This document shows positions 26,393-40,484 of a stretch of 64,000 nt of DNA, piece by piece; positions within the stretch are counted from its first letter, which is position 1; the number at the start of each line of letters is the position of its first letter. Where the stretch lies: assembly GCF_058153355.1 (NCBI RefSeq), contig NZ_CM177019.1, one strand, 5' to 3'. The notes under the pieces are model-generated. The model searched no databases, had not been told where the DNA came from, and saw nothing but the letters and a program-made list of their open reading frames with translations. A program made the position numbers and the translations under genes.

Positions 26393-27376
26393 CTAACGTT
26401 TATTCTTTTTTCTATTTACCAGTCTTACCATCCTCCAGAGAATATAGTTTTTTGATGCTAATATTTTTGCTCGCCTCTTATCTCTCTTGCCAAGAAGATT
26501 ACAATCTTTCAATTCTTTTTCATTGCTTTCAACTAATTGATTTAATAATTCAAAATCGCCATTAAGTAGAACATTCCATAAATAACGAGTTTTATGATAA
26601 GTTCTATTTTTACTCAATAATGTATGAATTTCTTCTTTCCGGTTACCTTTGTATAACTGCATCACAGAAGAGTAGATTCTTTCGTGCGCAAATGACTCAT
26701 GTCGATAATGAGTGATGGTTCTACATGAGTTCATTAAGGAATTTTCTCTATAGTTATGCTTATACATATAATATGGAACCGCATACATATCGCATGTAAT
26801 TAGCAGTCGATAGATAAAATCCAGATCTTCTCCTAGTCTTAAATCTTCATCAAAAAAAAGATTATTATCTTCCAGGAGTTGTTTTCTTATAAACAAGCAC
26901 CCTATATGGAATCTGACCTTTTTATAAAAAAAGTCGAAAAGTAAAGACCCTTCATTAAACTCTGTATTTATAGGTGAGTAAGTAACACCATTTTTTATAT
27001 GATGGCCATAAAGCCCACAATAAATCGCATCCCCTCCCGTCTCATGTTGTCTGGAATACATCTTCAGCAGATAGTTAGGATCTATCTCATCATCATCATC
27101 CATAAAACATATAAACTGTCCTTGCGCCTTGCGGATACCTGTATTCCTGGCAGACGAAACACCGCCATTTTCTTTATTGATAATAATTAATTGCGAGTGG
27201 GTTAACCCATACTCTCTCAAAACGTTTGATGTGTTATCTTTAGAACCATCATTAACAATAACAATTTCAAAATTTGGGTAAGTTTGTTTTTCTAATTTCG
27301 TTAGAGTTTCAGTAATGTAATCAGATGAATTATACGTCGGTATTATTATGGATACTAAAGGGTAATCATTGCTCAT
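26393..27376 (-). CDS. waaV: Family-2 glycosyltransferase of LPS outer core (WaaV-like)
   Basis: 327 aa; GT2 motifs SIIIPTYNSSDYI…IVIVNDGSKDNT…DDDD; symbol assigned by position in an R1-type gene order. Confidence 0.6.
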   Translation of the reverse strand: MSNDYPLVSIIIPTYNSSDYITETLTKLEKQTYPNFEIVIVNDGSKDNTSNVLREYGLTHSQLIIINKENGGVSSARNTGIRKAQGQFICFMDDDDEIDPNYLLKMYSRQHETGGDAIYCGLYGHHIKNGVTYSPINTEFNEGSLLFDFFYKKVRFHIGCLFIRKQLLEDNNLFFDEDLRLGEDLDFIYRLLITCDMYAVPYYMYKHNYRENSLMNSCRTITHYRHESFAHERIYSSVMQLYKGNRKEEIHTLLSKNRTYHKTRYLWNVLLNGDFELLNQLVESNEKELKDCNLLGKRDKRRAKILASKNYILWRMVRLVNRKKNKR

Positions 27377-27454
27377 CGTGTTCTCTTGCCTGAACTAATA
27401 AAATATGATAGTACTCATCCTTAATTATTATTGTAACTCAGACATCCATGATTT

Positions 27455-28483
27455 TTATTGCCCAAATAGTTTTCTTTTATACTTATTTAATTTGAATTTA
27501 ATGAAGTAAATGAAAGCGTTAAACGTATCACCATTTTTCTTTGCATGTTGGTATTTCACTTGATACTGCTTTTCATTCGTGGCTGGAATAAACGCCACAT
27601 CATTCCAGCAAGAAGCCTGATAAGCCTCATTAAAATACTTCTGGCAGGGATAATTTGTCCAGTCGTTCCAGGGCTTCGTTACGCCAACATAATGAATCAG
27701 CTTAGTATCATCGGTAATGGTCTTTTTATAATCTTCATTGCTTTTATTTTTTAACTCATAGTCAATGCCATAAAAGCAATCATAATCGCCGCTAATAAAA
27801 ATACAATGACCAAAGAACAGAATATTTAAAATATCCTGATCAAGGCATTTATATTTCGTGTGCTGCGGGTCACTTGCCAGCATAGCAATGGCTTTGTTCA
27901 TAAAATCATTTTTCGACCATGCTTCAAGCTGCAGATATACTACACCAGCGTTGAAATAATTCCCTGGAAGTCCCTCTATAGCCAGACGCTTCGCTGGTTT
28001 TTCCTGCATAAAAGGCACATCTTTAATAACAGCTGCAAACTTATCGCCGTCAAAATTAATATCAAGCAATCCAGCTAATGAGCCTTTACAGATGACATCA
28101 GCATCGATATATAACAGATTTTCAATAGTTTCACTCAGATACTGGAACGCAACTAAACGGAAGAATGTTGCATAAGACCACTGTTTCAGGCTGGGGAAGA
28201 TATCAATAAAGGCACTGGAGACTTTATAAATTCTTACTTCAACGTTAGCATTTTTGCTGGTAAAAGCGTTAACACGTTGTAGATAATCTTCATCAATGTA
28301 GTCGGTAAAGAGATGAAACTTAACCGCAAGGTCCGGGTTATGCATAACAACTGATTGCATAGATACTGCCGCACCAAATAAAAAATTACGGTCAATACCG
28401 TAAGCGATATTTAACACACGATCGGTGTTAGCAATTTCCCCAGAGACAGCGACTTCAGTAATACTCTCAGCTAATAAATCCAT
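27455..28483 (-). CDS. waaW: Family-8 glycosyltransferase of LPS outer core (WaaW-like)
   Basis: 342 aa; GT8 signature (NIAYGIDRNF…LYIDADV…HYVGVTKPW). Confidence 0.6.
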   Translation of the reverse strand: MDLLAESITEVAVSGEIANTDRVLNIAYGIDRNFLFGAAVSMQSVVMHNPDLAVKFHLFTDYIDEDYLQRVNAFTSKNANVEVRIYKVSSAFIDIFPSLKQWSYATFFRLVAFQYLSETIENLLYIDADVICKGSLAGLLDINFDGDKFAAVIKDVPFMQEKPAKRLAIEGLPGNYFNAGVVYLQLEAWSKNDFMNKAIAMLASDPQHTKYKCLDQDILNILFFGHCIFISGDYDCFYGIDYELKNKSNEDYKKTITDDTKLIHYVGVTKPWNDWTNYPCQKYFNEAYQASCWNDVAFIPATNEKQYQVKYQHAKKNGDTFNAFIYFIKFKLNKYKRKLFGQ

Positions 28484-28508
28484 GTTGGTTCCGTTTTGAC
28501 TGTGTGGT

Positions 28509-29201
28509 TTACGCTTTGCCTTTTAATTTTTTAATAAATTTGCGTAGTTTGGTTCTGTAGATTACTGAATAGTAGCCATAATCTTTTATTTCGTTGGCAA
28601 TACCCAGGTGACGTTCCATGGCCAGACGATCACGGGCTTTCCGCTCTGCCGTACAGCTTTTACCGGATAGGTCAATTATCCTGACACCATCTTTACTAAC
28701 GATAAAGTTACCCCGGTGTGGGTCGCCCGATAGCATATTTAAGGCATGCAATTTTTCCATTGAAGCCTTAATTTCTGCTTTAACATTTTCTGGAATAATC
28801 GGCATATCATTGAGCTCTACGCCCTCGACATACTCGATAAGCATGATAAAAACACTGGCATAGTTGAAAATTTTACGCTCAGCCAGAAAATAAAAATCAT
28901 TAGGAAAAGTAAGACCTGCACTTCTGACACGATCGGTTTCAACGATCAAATTCTGATAGTAGTCACCTTTTACAAAAGATTTTAAAAAACGTTCATTCCT
29001 TTTCGTTTTCGGGGCAAAGACTTTAAAAACATAGCGACCATATTTCGTATCAATCAACGATACTTTGGTATCATCAATATTACGTAATACTTTTACTGTT
29101 TTAAAATTATAGGCCAGTATTTCATCAAAGATTTCTTTATATTTATTATCGTTATCTTTGTAATAAAATGAGAAGCCGCGATAGCGTATACTTGTAATCA
29201 T
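28509..29201 (-). CDS. waaY: LPS core heptose II kinase
   Basis: 230 aa; kinase-like, paralogous to WaaP; MITSIRYRGFSFYYKD. Confidence 0.75.
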   Translation of the reverse strand: MITSIRYRGFSFYYKDNDNKYKEIFDEILAYNFKTVKVLRNIDDTKVSLIDTKYGRYVFKVFAPKTKRNERFLKSFVKGDYYQNLIVETDRVRSAGLTFPNDFYFLAERKIFNYASVFIMLIEYVEGVELNDMPIIPENVKAEIKASMEKLHALNMLSGDPHRGNFIVSKDGVRIIDLSGKSCTAERKARDRLAMERHLGIANEIKDYGYYSVIYRTKLRKFIKKLKGKA

Positions 29202-29210
29202 AAGAGTAAT

Positions 29211-30206
29211 TTATTTCTTAAGCTTGTACTTAATTAATGAAGTTATACCTTTAATATACTCACCATGGGCAAACAGATGCTTATATTGTTTCTGCATTTC
29301 TGCAACAGTCCGCGCCTCTTTAAGAGGATATTTCTTCCAGGGAGATTGTTCACGCGCGATATTAAAGTATGATACAGACGGATATCCAGCCCAGCTATGC
29401 CATGGTTTAGTTATCCCTGTATAGTGAATCAATACTGTTTTATCGGTAATGGTTTGCTGATACTTTCGATGACTACGATCATGAAGTTCGTTTTTCAGGG
29501 TATAAATAGTATCAAAATCCTTCGCGAGGTAGATATTATTCATATTAAATGCGATATTCAACGCATCCTGATCTAAATATTTAAGAGAGCCATATTTAGT
29601 TTCCCCTCGTAAAAGCGTGAGTAAATACGGTGTCAAATTTGCTTCATGCCATTTTTTAAGATTGACATAGATAACGCCTGCATTGAAATAACGTCCATTC
29701 ATTTCGGGAATGTTAAGACGTTTTGCACATGCCGCCTGAGTACTATCATTGTCAGGAATAACCGCAGCAAACTCATCTTTAAATATAATTTTTGTGAGAG
29801 GTTTCAGACTTCCTTTACAAACGACATCGGCATCCAGATACAGCAGTGTGGAAATACTTTCACTCAGATATTCAAAGGACAATACCCTGAAGTATGTCGC
29901 GTACGACCAAAACTGTGACGTCGGCAGATCAGCAAAGTATTTTGGGTCAATTAAATATACAATAATTGAGGTATTAAATTGTTTTGCTGTTTCATTAAAT
30001 GACTTTAAATAATCATCATCCACATAATCAGTGAAAACATGAAAGACAAAATTAATATCTGAATTATTAATCAAAACGGAAGAAATTGAAACGCCAGCAC
30101 CATACAAAAAATTCTTATCGATACCGTAGGAAACATTTAGCTCTGGGACGTTTTCTTTTTTATTATCTGCTAAATACGAAAACCGTTCTTTTATAAATTC
30201 ATTCAT
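29211..30206 (-). CDS. waaT: Family-8 glycosyltransferase of LPS outer core (WaaT-like)
   Basis: 331 aa; GT8 motifs (NVSYGIDKNF…LYLDADV…HYTGITKPW). Confidence 0.6.
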   Translation of the reverse strand: MNEFIKERFSYLADNKKENVPELNVSYGIDKNFLYGAGVSISSVLINNSDINFVFHVFTDYVDDDYLKSFNETAKQFNTSIIVYLIDPKYFADLPTSQFWSYATYFRVLSFEYLSESISTLLYLDADVVCKGSLKPLTKIIFKDEFAAVIPDNDSTQAACAKRLNIPEMNGRYFNAGVIYVNLKKWHEANLTPYLLTLLRGETKYGSLKYLDQDALNIAFNMNNIYLAKDFDTIYTLKNELHDRSHRKYQQTITDKTVLIHYTGITKPWHSWAGYPSVSYFNIAREQSPWKKYPLKEARTVAEMQKQYKHLFAHGEYIKGITSLIKYKLKK

Positions 30207-30222
30207 TTAAATTTTCTCAATG

Positions 30223-31239
30223 TCATTTTATTATCTTTAAATAAAAATAATAAATATAATTCATTATCCCGTTAATTGGTTTATTTTGTTTAAAATTATG
30301 CTTAGCGCAATAACGAGCATAATTTGAGTTAATTGGCCGCATTAACGGTTCATTTTTCCATGGCGATGCTTCTTTGGCTTTGATAAATGGCTGCGCGCTT
30401 GGATAACCGGCCCAGTAATGCCAGGGTTTTGTCGGGCCGACATAATGAATTAATACGGTTTCATCATTAATTGGACAAATAAATGATTTTTTTAATTCAT
30501 AATTTAAACTAAATTGCGTATTGTATTTAGCATCAATGAATTTAACTTTCCCTAACAGGATAAGATTTAGTATATCTTGATCCATATAGGTTAAACGGGA
30601 AACTACGGCTTTATCAGCAAGCATCGACATCGCTTTAGCAGAAACGGACTCCTGCGCCCACGCAAGTGTATTAATTAACAGGACACCTGAATTAAAGTAA
30701 CCCTTTTCAAGTTCATTACACTGCAGACTTTGAGCCCGTAACGACCACCAGTTAGCATCGCGTTCAGTAACAACAGCAGCAACGTTATTGGCAAGATCCA
30801 TTGTTATCAGCGGTTTTAAGGTTCCCTGACAGGCGATATCAGCATCCAGGTACAGGATCTTATCTTGTTGATCAATAAAGTAATCTGCAATTACAAAACG
30901 GAAATACATGGCAATAGACCAATTTTTGGTCGTCGGTAATACCTTAAGCCGTTCACAATTTACCAGATGGATCTGGATACAGGTATGATAGCTTTTCGCC
31001 AATTGGGATAAACGCTGGATATCGGCGTCAGGGATATCATCAATAAAAACGTGGAAGACAAAACTCACGTCGTTGTTATGTAACAAAACTGACGTGATTG
31101 AAACACCACAACCAAAAAGAAAGTTCTGATCAATGCCATAAGCAACATGGAATGATGATGCCACTGACGCCTCTGGCCTTTCATCGAAGATGATTGTCTT
31201 ATTGATCATCTCTTGTGGATTAAAATAGTGGGCACTCAT
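30223..31239 (-). CDS. waaO: Family-8 glycosyltransferase of LPS outer core (WaaO/WaaI-like)
   Basis: 338 aa; GT8 motifs (HVAYGIDQNF…LYLDADI…HYVGPTKPW). Confidence 0.65.
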   Translation of the reverse strand: MSAHYFNPQEMINKTIIFDERPEASVASSFHVAYGIDQNFLFGCGVSITSVLLHNNDVSFVFHVFIDDIPDADIQRLSQLAKSYHTCIQIHLVNCERLKVLPTTKNWSIAMYFRFVIADYFIDQQDKILYLDADIACQGTLKPLITMDLANNVAAVVTERDANWWSLRAQSLQCNELEKGYFNSGVLLINTLAWAQESVSAKAMSMLADKAVVSRLTYMDQDILNLILLGKVKFIDAKYNTQFSLNYELKKSFICPINDETVLIHYVGPTKPWHYWAGYPSAQPFIKAKEASPWKNEPLMRPINSNYARYCAKHNFKQNKPINGIMNYIYYFYLKIIK

Positions 31240-31254
31240 ATTTCTCTCCGGAAA

Positions 31255-32052
31255 TTACAACGATTTTCTAATCGTTCTTTCCCTGATTTTTGTGGCTTTT
31301 GCTTCTGCTTGCGACAGCAGCCCTTGTTCCTGCTTGAGAATGTCTTTAAGCGGGGCAGCAAAATACACCTTCATGAACCGCCAGATATCCCGCTGAGTCA
31401 GGCCAATATTCATCGAAGAAAAATAAAGCCCAATAAGATCTTTATCGCGCCAACGACGTGGAACGCGCGTGCGAAGCTGCGCCCGGTGCAGGTCAATTAC
31501 TGAAATTTTTAACTCCTCTTCCTTACCGGAAAAAGGCAAGTGCAGCAGGAAATGACAGATATAACAGTCACGGTGGTTAATGCCCGCAGCATGCATATCG
31601 CGCACCATCATCGCGACACGCTTAATAATCATACGCTTTACGCGAACATCTGGAGGGTTAGTCGCCCAGTCAGCACAGTAATCTTCCAGACTGATGGTTG
31701 GTGTCAGATCTTCGGTTATAATAAACGAGGTTCTGGTCAGCGGATTAATGCCTTTTTCGCCGAATGCCACCCCATACATAGTATCAACGCCGACATCCCG
31801 CAGTCGATGAATCGCATTCCATTCGCGGTCTGCACCTAATACTGGCATCCGCAATGAGAGTAAATTTTTGATTATCTCTTTCAGGGTCGTGCCGCGATGC
31901 CATTTGAGAAAATAGCTTTTGCCCGCCATTTCAAAGCGCAGAGTGCGGCGAGTTTCCAGTTCACGAAATACCTCACCCTGCAAGGTTTTAACTTCCTCAA
32001 AAGGATCTTTACCGCGCCATAACGTGGCAAACGGCTCTTTCAGTTCAACCAT
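31255..32052 (-). CDS. waaP: LPS core heptose I kinase
   Basis: ORF track 31255..32061; start trimmed to [21 protein letters not shown]. Confidence 0.88.
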   Translation of the reverse strand: MVELKEPFATLWRGKDPFEEVKTLQGEVFRELETRRTLRFEMAGKSYFLKWHRGTTLKEIIKNLLSLRMPVLGADREWNAIHRLRDVGVDTMYGVAFGEKGINPLTRTSFIITEDLTPTISLEDYCADWATNPPDVRVKRMIIKRVAMMVRDMHAAGINHRDCYICHFLLHLPFSGKEEELKISVIDLHRAQLRTRVPRRWRDKDLIGLYFSSMNIGLTQRDIWRFMKVYFAAPLKDILKQEQGLLSQAEAKATKIRERTIRKSL

Positions 32053-33169
32053 CCAGACCACCCGTTATGATATCCGCCGCTTTCTCTGGCAGACTGTATA
32101 AATCTTGTGTATCAGCATAATGTCGCGCATTTTCCGCCCAGGCCTGGCGCAATGAAGATTGCGTTAACGCTTTGCGTAAAATCTCATTCAATGTTTCCTG
32201 GCGGAATGGCTCAACAATAGCCTCGCCGCAATTGGCGTCAACAATATAATGCGCATAGCCACAAACGGCTGTTGTTAGTACCGGTAATCCTGCAGTAATC
32301 GCTTCCAGCAGCACAATTCCCGCCGCTTCCTGGTAGGCAGGATGCAGTAATAAATCCGCCGCCGCCATTAATTCCGAGACATCGTTGCGCCCCGAGAAGA
32401 AGTGAACATTACTGCGCACGCCGCGTTTTTCTGCCAGCGCCTCAAATTTTCGCGGTTTATCCTGCCCAACAACATATAGCAATGTGTTGTGGCGCAGCGA
32501 ATCCGGTAATGAAGCAAGTGCTTCAATGGAACGATCGACACCTTTACGCGTGAAGTCTGAACCGACCTGCAACAATAAATATTGTTGTTCTGTTATTCCA
32601 TTTTTCTTACGAAAGCTTTCACGGCTATTGGCTGGCTGCTGGCTATATTTACGGTCAGGATAAATCCCCGGAGGCAAAATATGAAAACGCTCCGCTTCAG
32701 TCTGATAATGTTTCTGGAAATCGGCGATTTGCTTGTCCGTCAGCATCAGCAACTGTGTCGGCTTGCCCTGTTCAAAGGTTGCCCGCTCAAAGGCGGCATA
32801 ATGGCGATAACGTGACGTCAAGCGATAGAAAAAGCCTTTCTCCTGCGCCACTTTCTCGGCATAACAAACATCAGCGGCATAATAAACGTCCAGCCCTGGC
32901 ATTTTGTTGAATCCAACGACTCTATCGACCGGATGCTCGCGTAAGTGTTTTTGCACCCAGGCAAAATACTCCGCGTTACGCCCGTGATTGGTATGCGACT
33001 TAACCGGCACTTTGATCAGTTCAAACACATCAGGGCATTCGCCTTCCCATGACTGGGCATAAACCCGAACATGATGCCCTCGGGCCGCAACTGTCTGAGC
33101 AATACGCATAAAATCGCGTTGCAAACCGCCAAAGGGAAAATATTTATATAAACAGAAAGCAACGATCAT
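32045..33169 (-). CDS. waaG: LPS glucosyltransferase I (GT4)
   Basis: 374 aa; [25 protein letters not shown]. Confidence 0.9.
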   Translation of the reverse strand: MIVAFCLYKYFPFGGLQRDFMRIAQTVAARGHHVRVYAQSWEGECPDVFELIKVPVKSHTNHGRNAEYFAWVQKHLREHPVDRVVGFNKMPGLDVYYAADVCYAEKVAQEKGFFYRLTSRYRHYAAFERATFEQGKPTQLLMLTDKQIADFQKHYQTEAERFHILPPGIYPDRKYSQQPANSRESFRKKNGITEQQYLLLQVGSDFTRKGVDRSIEALASLPDSLRHNTLLYVVGQDKPRKFEALAEKRGVRSNVHFFSGRNDVSELMAAADLLLHPAYQEAAGIVLLEAITAGLPVLTTAVCGYAHYIVDANCGEAIVEPFRQETLNEILRKALTQSSLRQAWAENARHYADTQDLYSLPEKAADIITGGLDG

Positions 33170-34224
33170 AACGACGTACCTGTCGTGGAGGATGGCAATA
33201 ATTTATCAACAGCAGCAATGACATCTGCCGCCGGAATAACCGAAAGATACATCTCATTTCGGTCACGCTGATCGCGTGTTGGCATTTCCCGGTAATCTCC
33301 CGCCCAGAATTGAATCATGTTATTTGACCAGGGACGCCAGAAAATATGGTCTGTTGCACCAAACAGCGATATCAGCGGCGTATTAACTGCAGCGGCAATG
33401 TGCGCCGGTGCGGAATCAACGCCAATAAACAGCTGCGCATGATCGATTAACGCACCAAGTTCCGGGAAGGTTACCTTTCCGGCCAACGCCGTTACTGGTG
33501 GCGTCTGGCATCCCTGGGCAATTTCATTGACGCAGGCCAGATCGTCTTTATCCGGGCCGGACGTCAGAACGACTTCATAGCCACGTGTATGTAAGGCATC
33601 AATCACAGCGGAAAACTTAGCGTTGTCCCAGCATTTGAAGATTTGCCGCGCGGTAGGTTGGATAACCACATAATTTTGTCCAACACCTGCGTGATCCAGT
33701 TCGCGACGCATTCGTTTCCAGCTTGCAGGCGGGTAACTCATTGTTGTCTGCTTCACCAACGATTCGAGACCCAGTGGCGTCAGCACGGATAAGTTACTTT
33801 CCACCACATTTCCACCCTGCAACGGCACCAGATGGGTGAAGCTTTTACGCCAAAAAGCAGACTGCCGATGATGATAATCCTGGGAAATTTTCACACGGGC
33901 ATTTAATAAGCGAACCAGTATAGCAACCATCCATTGATCGGTAAGATTGACGATAAGGTCATACTTATTGGCACGTAATACCTTGATGAGATGAAAAAAG
34001 TTGGAAATTTTCTCTGAGGCTTTTGCTTTTTTATTTTTTATGCCGTAGAGCGCGTTAATCTCTGGATTTTCAGACAGAATCGGGATGGTATCCTGATAAA
34101 GCAGCACATCGATTTTTGCGTCAGGGTAATTTTTTTTCAGCGAACTAATGACGGGAGTAGTTAATAACATATCCCCATGAAAACGCATCTTAATGAGCAA
34201 AATTCTTCGAAATGGCTTATCCAC
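33166..34224 (-). CDS. waaQ: LPS heptosyltransferase III (GT9)
   Basis: 352 aa; first gene of the minus-strand core operon; GT9 fold. Confidence 0.85.
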   Translation of the reverse strand: MDKPFRRILLIKMRFHGDMLLTTPVISSLKKNYPDAKIDVLLYQDTIPILSENPEINALYGIKNKKAKASEKISNFFHLIKVLRANKYDLIVNLTDQWMVAILVRLLNARVKISQDYHHRQSAFWRKSFTHLVPLQGGNVVESNLSVLTPLGLESLVKQTTMSYPPASWKRMRRELDHAGVGQNYVVIQPTARQIFKCWDNAKFSAVIDALHTRGYEVVLTSGPDKDDLACVNEIAQGCQTPPVTALAGKVTFPELGALIDHAQLFIGVDSAPAHIAAAVNTPLISLFGATDHIFWRPWSNNMIQFWAGDYREMPTRDQRDRNEMYLSVIPAADVIAAVDKLLPSSTTGTSL

Positions 34225-34273
34225 AAGTAACTCTTTTTGTTGAGATTATCCGATTAAGGTGAAGCAGAAAAAG

Positions 34274-34285
34274 CACGCTACCGCC
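34274..34285 (-). promoter_or_regulatory. ops element (RfaH-dependent antitermination site) in waaQ operon leader
   Basis: Plus strand reads cacgctaccgcc, i.e. GGCGGTAGCGTG on the waaQ transcript strand, ~50 nt upstream of the waaQ start. Confidence 0.75.
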
Positions 34286-34636
34286 CCAGGCTCAACAGCT
34301 ACCTGAATACTGATACCGTACTGATATTGACGCGCTAGTGTATCACTTCTTTCGCGGCAATCCGATCCGAATGATTTTTAAGCACATCGTTGTTTTTCAA
34401 TAAAGAAATCAATCAAATAAAATCATTAGCAACAATATTCTTTCACTGTTGCTCCGCGATTCCTTACTGCACGTACTGCGGAAATCAATGAATCGTATAA
34501 AAATACAAAAAAAGTATAGATGTTCAGCAAGAATTGGCGGGTAAATTGCTATTTAAGTCAAAAACGGGAAAAGTAATGGTAAAGCCACAGCTAAATACAT
34601 AGAATCCCCAGCACATCCATAAGTCAGCTATTTACT

Positions 34637-36401
<1,765 letters not shown>

Positions 36402-36439
36402 CGTTTATGCCGGATGGTATGCCATCCGGCGCGCATCAA

Positions 36440-37249
36440 TTACTTCTGGCACTGCCGACAATAAAACGTTGCCCGCTGCGCATGTTTCGTCGCCACAATC
36501 GGCGTACCGCACACCCGACACGGCTCACCTTTTCGCCCGTAAACCTGCAATTCCTGAGCGAAATAGCCCGGTTTACCATCACTTTGCAGAAAATCTTTCA
36601 GAGTTGTACCGCCCTGCTCAATCGAACGCAGCAACACCGCTTTAATCACCCGAGCTAACAATTCACACTCCGCCAGCGACAGTGATGACGCCAGCCGATC
36701 CGGATGGATCCCCGCCGCAAACAGAGATTCGCTGGCATAGATATTCCCTACCCCTACCACCAGCTTGTTATCCATCAGCCACGGTTTAATCGCCGTTTTT
36801 TTCTTCGCGCACTTCTGATGCAGGTACTCACCGTTGAAATCGTCGCTAAGCGGCTCCGGTCCAAGGTGGGCCAGCACATTATGCCCTTCCAGCTCTTTGG
36901 TCCACAGCCAGGCACCAAATCGGCGAGGATCGGTATAGCGCAGTACTTTGCCGTTGCTCATCACCAAATCAACATGGTCATGCTTTTCGGGAGGAAGTTC
37001 TTCTGGAAGGATGCGTAGACTGCCAGACATCCCCAGATGAATAATAATCCAGCCCTCAGGCAGCTCCAGCAGCAGATATTTAGCCCGGCGCTGCACGCTA
37101 AGCACTGGTTGGTCGCTTAAACGGTAGATCTCTTCTGAAACCGGCCAGCGCAAGCGACCGTTGCGCACCACCGCATGAAGAATGGTTGCACCAACGAGAT
37201 GCGGTTCGATGCCGCGTCGGCTGGTTTCAACTTCGGGTAATTCAGGCAT
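36440..37249 (-). CDS. mutM: Formamidopyrimidine-DNA glycosylase
   Basis: 269 aa; N-terminal MPELPEVE and C-terminal zinc finger CxxC…CxxC. Confidence 0.92.
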
Positions 37250-37346
37250 AGCATCTCCGGGAATGAACAGATGCAGTCAATATGGGGGCAAGCAGATAAC
37301 AAAAAACCCCGCCGGAGCGAGGTTTTTCGTTACATCAAAGCGAGAA

Positions 37347-37517
<171 letters not shown>

Positions 37518-37534
37518 TTATTTCCTCTAAGTAC

Positions 37535-37792
<258 letters not shown>

Positions 37793-37987
37793 TTAGCTCG
37801 AGCTTCGTATGGGGTATTGGCGCCTCGTCAGGCTTTACAGCCCGGTCATCGCAGTTCTATGTGAACTCTCGATTGCCAGGCCCAAATGCCAAACCCGAGA
37901 TTCTCAAAGGTGGCGTAGTATACGCTGACTCAGCGATGTGCTCAAGTCCCGAACAGACAAAGATCCCGAAGGATCGCGTATAGCGGG

Positions 37988-38662
37988 TTAAATCCAGCCG
38001 CGTTCGGCAAAAGAAACATACTCTCCACGCCCAATCACGATATGGTCGAGCACGCGTAAATCCATGAACTGACAACTTTTTATTATCCGTTCGGTAATGA
38101 GTTTATCCGCTTTACTGGGTTCAGCACAACCCGAAGGGTGATTATGTGCAAGGATCAGCGCCGAGGCGTTTATTTTTATCGCTTCGCGGATAATTTCCCG
38201 AGGATGGACTTCAACATGGTTTAGCGTGCCGGAAAAAAGACGGCTATGCGTTATAACCCTGTGTTGGGAGTCGAGAAAGATCACCATAAAGATCTCCCGC
38301 TCCTCGCCCGTGAGCTGGCTTTGTAAAAATTCCCTCGTCATCTCCGGGCTGAGTAAAGGGCTTTCTTCACGCATCCGCACGTTGTAGTAACGCCGCGCCA
38401 GTTCAGCAATCCCCTTTAACTGAGCGAACTTCGCCACACCAATTCCATGAACACCGCTAAATTGTTCATATTCAGAGGTTAACAAGCCATAAAGAGAGCC
38501 GAAATTCTCCAGCATCTCTTTTGCCAGGGTTAATACATCTTTACCGCGCGTTCCGGTACGCAGAAATAGCGCCAGCAGCTCGACATCCGTTAAGGCGCTA
38601 ATACCAAACTTCAGCATTTTTTCGCGCGGCATCAACAGCTGTGCATTGTTTTTCACCTTCAC
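37988..38662 (-). CDS. yicR: UPF0758 / RadC-like JAMM-domain protein YicR
   Basis: 224 aa; HxHxxxxxxxS JAMM-like motif ([14 protein letters not shown]). Confidence 0.85.
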
Positions 38663-38827
38663 CTCCTTTGTGGTGCTCGCATCCTGTCATAGCCGTTCCG
38701 TTAAATCGACGGCCAGTTTTCAATCCTGGAAAGCGCCTCGCAAAGTGATTCTCAGGTGAAGGCACGACAACAAAAGTATTGTGATAAAATCGCCAACTTC
38801 TGGTGTCACCCAACAGGAAAAATCATC

Positions 38828-40048
38828 ATGAGCCTGGCCGGTAAAAAAATCGTTCTCGGCGTCAGCGGCGGCATTGCTGCCTATAAAACCCCTGAACTGG
38901 TGCGTCGTTTGCGCGATCGCGGGGCCGACGTCCGCGTAGCCATGACCGAAGCGGCAAAAGCCTTTATTACCCCACTTAGCTTGCAGGCAGTTTCGGGGTA
39001 TCCCGTTTCCGACAGTCTGCTTGACCCGGCAGCCGAAGCCGCTATGGGCCATATTGAGCTGGGTAAATGGGCTGATTTAGTGATTCTCGCCCCTGCCACG
39101 GCAGATTTGATTGCCCGTGTTGCTGCCGGAATGGCGAATGACCTGGTATCGACGATTTGCCTGGCTACACCTGCGCCTGTAGCCGTGCTCCCCGCCATGA
39201 ACCAGCAGATGTACCGTGCCGCCGCCACCCAGCATAATTTAGAGGTGCTTGCCTCGCGTGGTTTGCTCATCTGGGGGCCAGATAGCGGCAGTCAGGCTTG
39301 TGGTGATATCGGCCCTGGGCGAATGCTCGATCCGTTAACCATTGTTGATATGGCGGTAGCACATTTTTCGCCCGTCAACGACCTGAAACATCTGAACATT
39401 ATGATTACCGCCGGCCCGACGCGTGAACCGCTTGACCCGGTGCGTTATATCTCTAATCACAGCTCCGGCAAGATGGGGTTTGCTATCGCTGCTGCTGCTG
39501 CCCGTCGTGGCGCGAACGTCACACTGGTATCAGGTCCGGTTTCGCTACCGACGCCACCGTTTGTTAAACGTGTTGATGTAATGACTGCGCTGGAAATGGA
39601 AGCCGCCGTAAATGCTTCTGTACAGCAGCAAAATATTTTTATCGGTTGCGCCGCCGTGGCGGATTATCGCGCAGCTACCGTAGCCCCAGAGAAAATCAAA
39701 AAGCAGGCCACGCAGGGTGATGAATTAACAATAAAAATGGTTAAAAACCCCGATATCGTCGCAGGCGTTGCCGCACTAAAAGACCATCGACCCTACGTCG
39801 TTGGATTTGCCGCCGAAACAAATAATGTGGAAGAATACGCCCGGCAAAAACGTATCCGTAAAAACCTTGATCTGATCTGCGCGAACGATGTTTCCCAGCC
39901 AACTCAAGGATTTAACAGCGACAACAACGCATTACACCTTTTCTGGCAGGACGGAGATAAAGTCTTACCGCTTGAGCGCAAAGAGCTCCTTGGCCAATTA
40001 TTACTCGACGAGATCGTGACCCGTTATGATGAAAAAAATCGACGTTAA
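38828..40048 (+). CDS. coaBC: Bifunctional phosphopantothenoylcysteine decarboxylase / synthetase
   Basis: ORF track 38756..40048; start trimmed to [20 protein letters not shown] (flavoprotein N-domain). Confidence 0.9.
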
Positions 40049-40484
40049 GATTCTGGACCCGCGCGTTGGGAAGGAATTTCCGCTCCCGACTTATGCCACC
40101 TCTGGCTCTGCCGGACTTGACCTGCGTGCCTGTCTCGACGACGCCGTAGAACTGGCTCCGGGTGACACTACGCTGGTTCCGACCGGGCTGGCGATTCATA
40201 TTGCCGATCCTTCACTGGCGGCAATGATGCTGCCGCGCTCCGGATTGGGACATAAGCACGGTATCGTGCTTGGTAACCTGGTAGGATTGATCGATTCTGA
40301 CTATCAGGGCCAGTTGATGATTTCCGTGTGGAACCGTGGTCAGGACAGCTTCACCATTCAACCTGGCGAACGCATCGCCCAGATGATTTTTGTTCCGGTA
40401 GTACAGGCTGAATTTAATCTGGTGGAAGATTTCGACGCCACCGACCGCGGTGAAGGCGGCTTTGGTCACTCTGGTCGTCAGTAA
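40026..40484 (+). CDS. dut: dUTP diphosphatase
   Basis: 152 aa; [35 protein letters not shown]. Confidence 0.92.
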
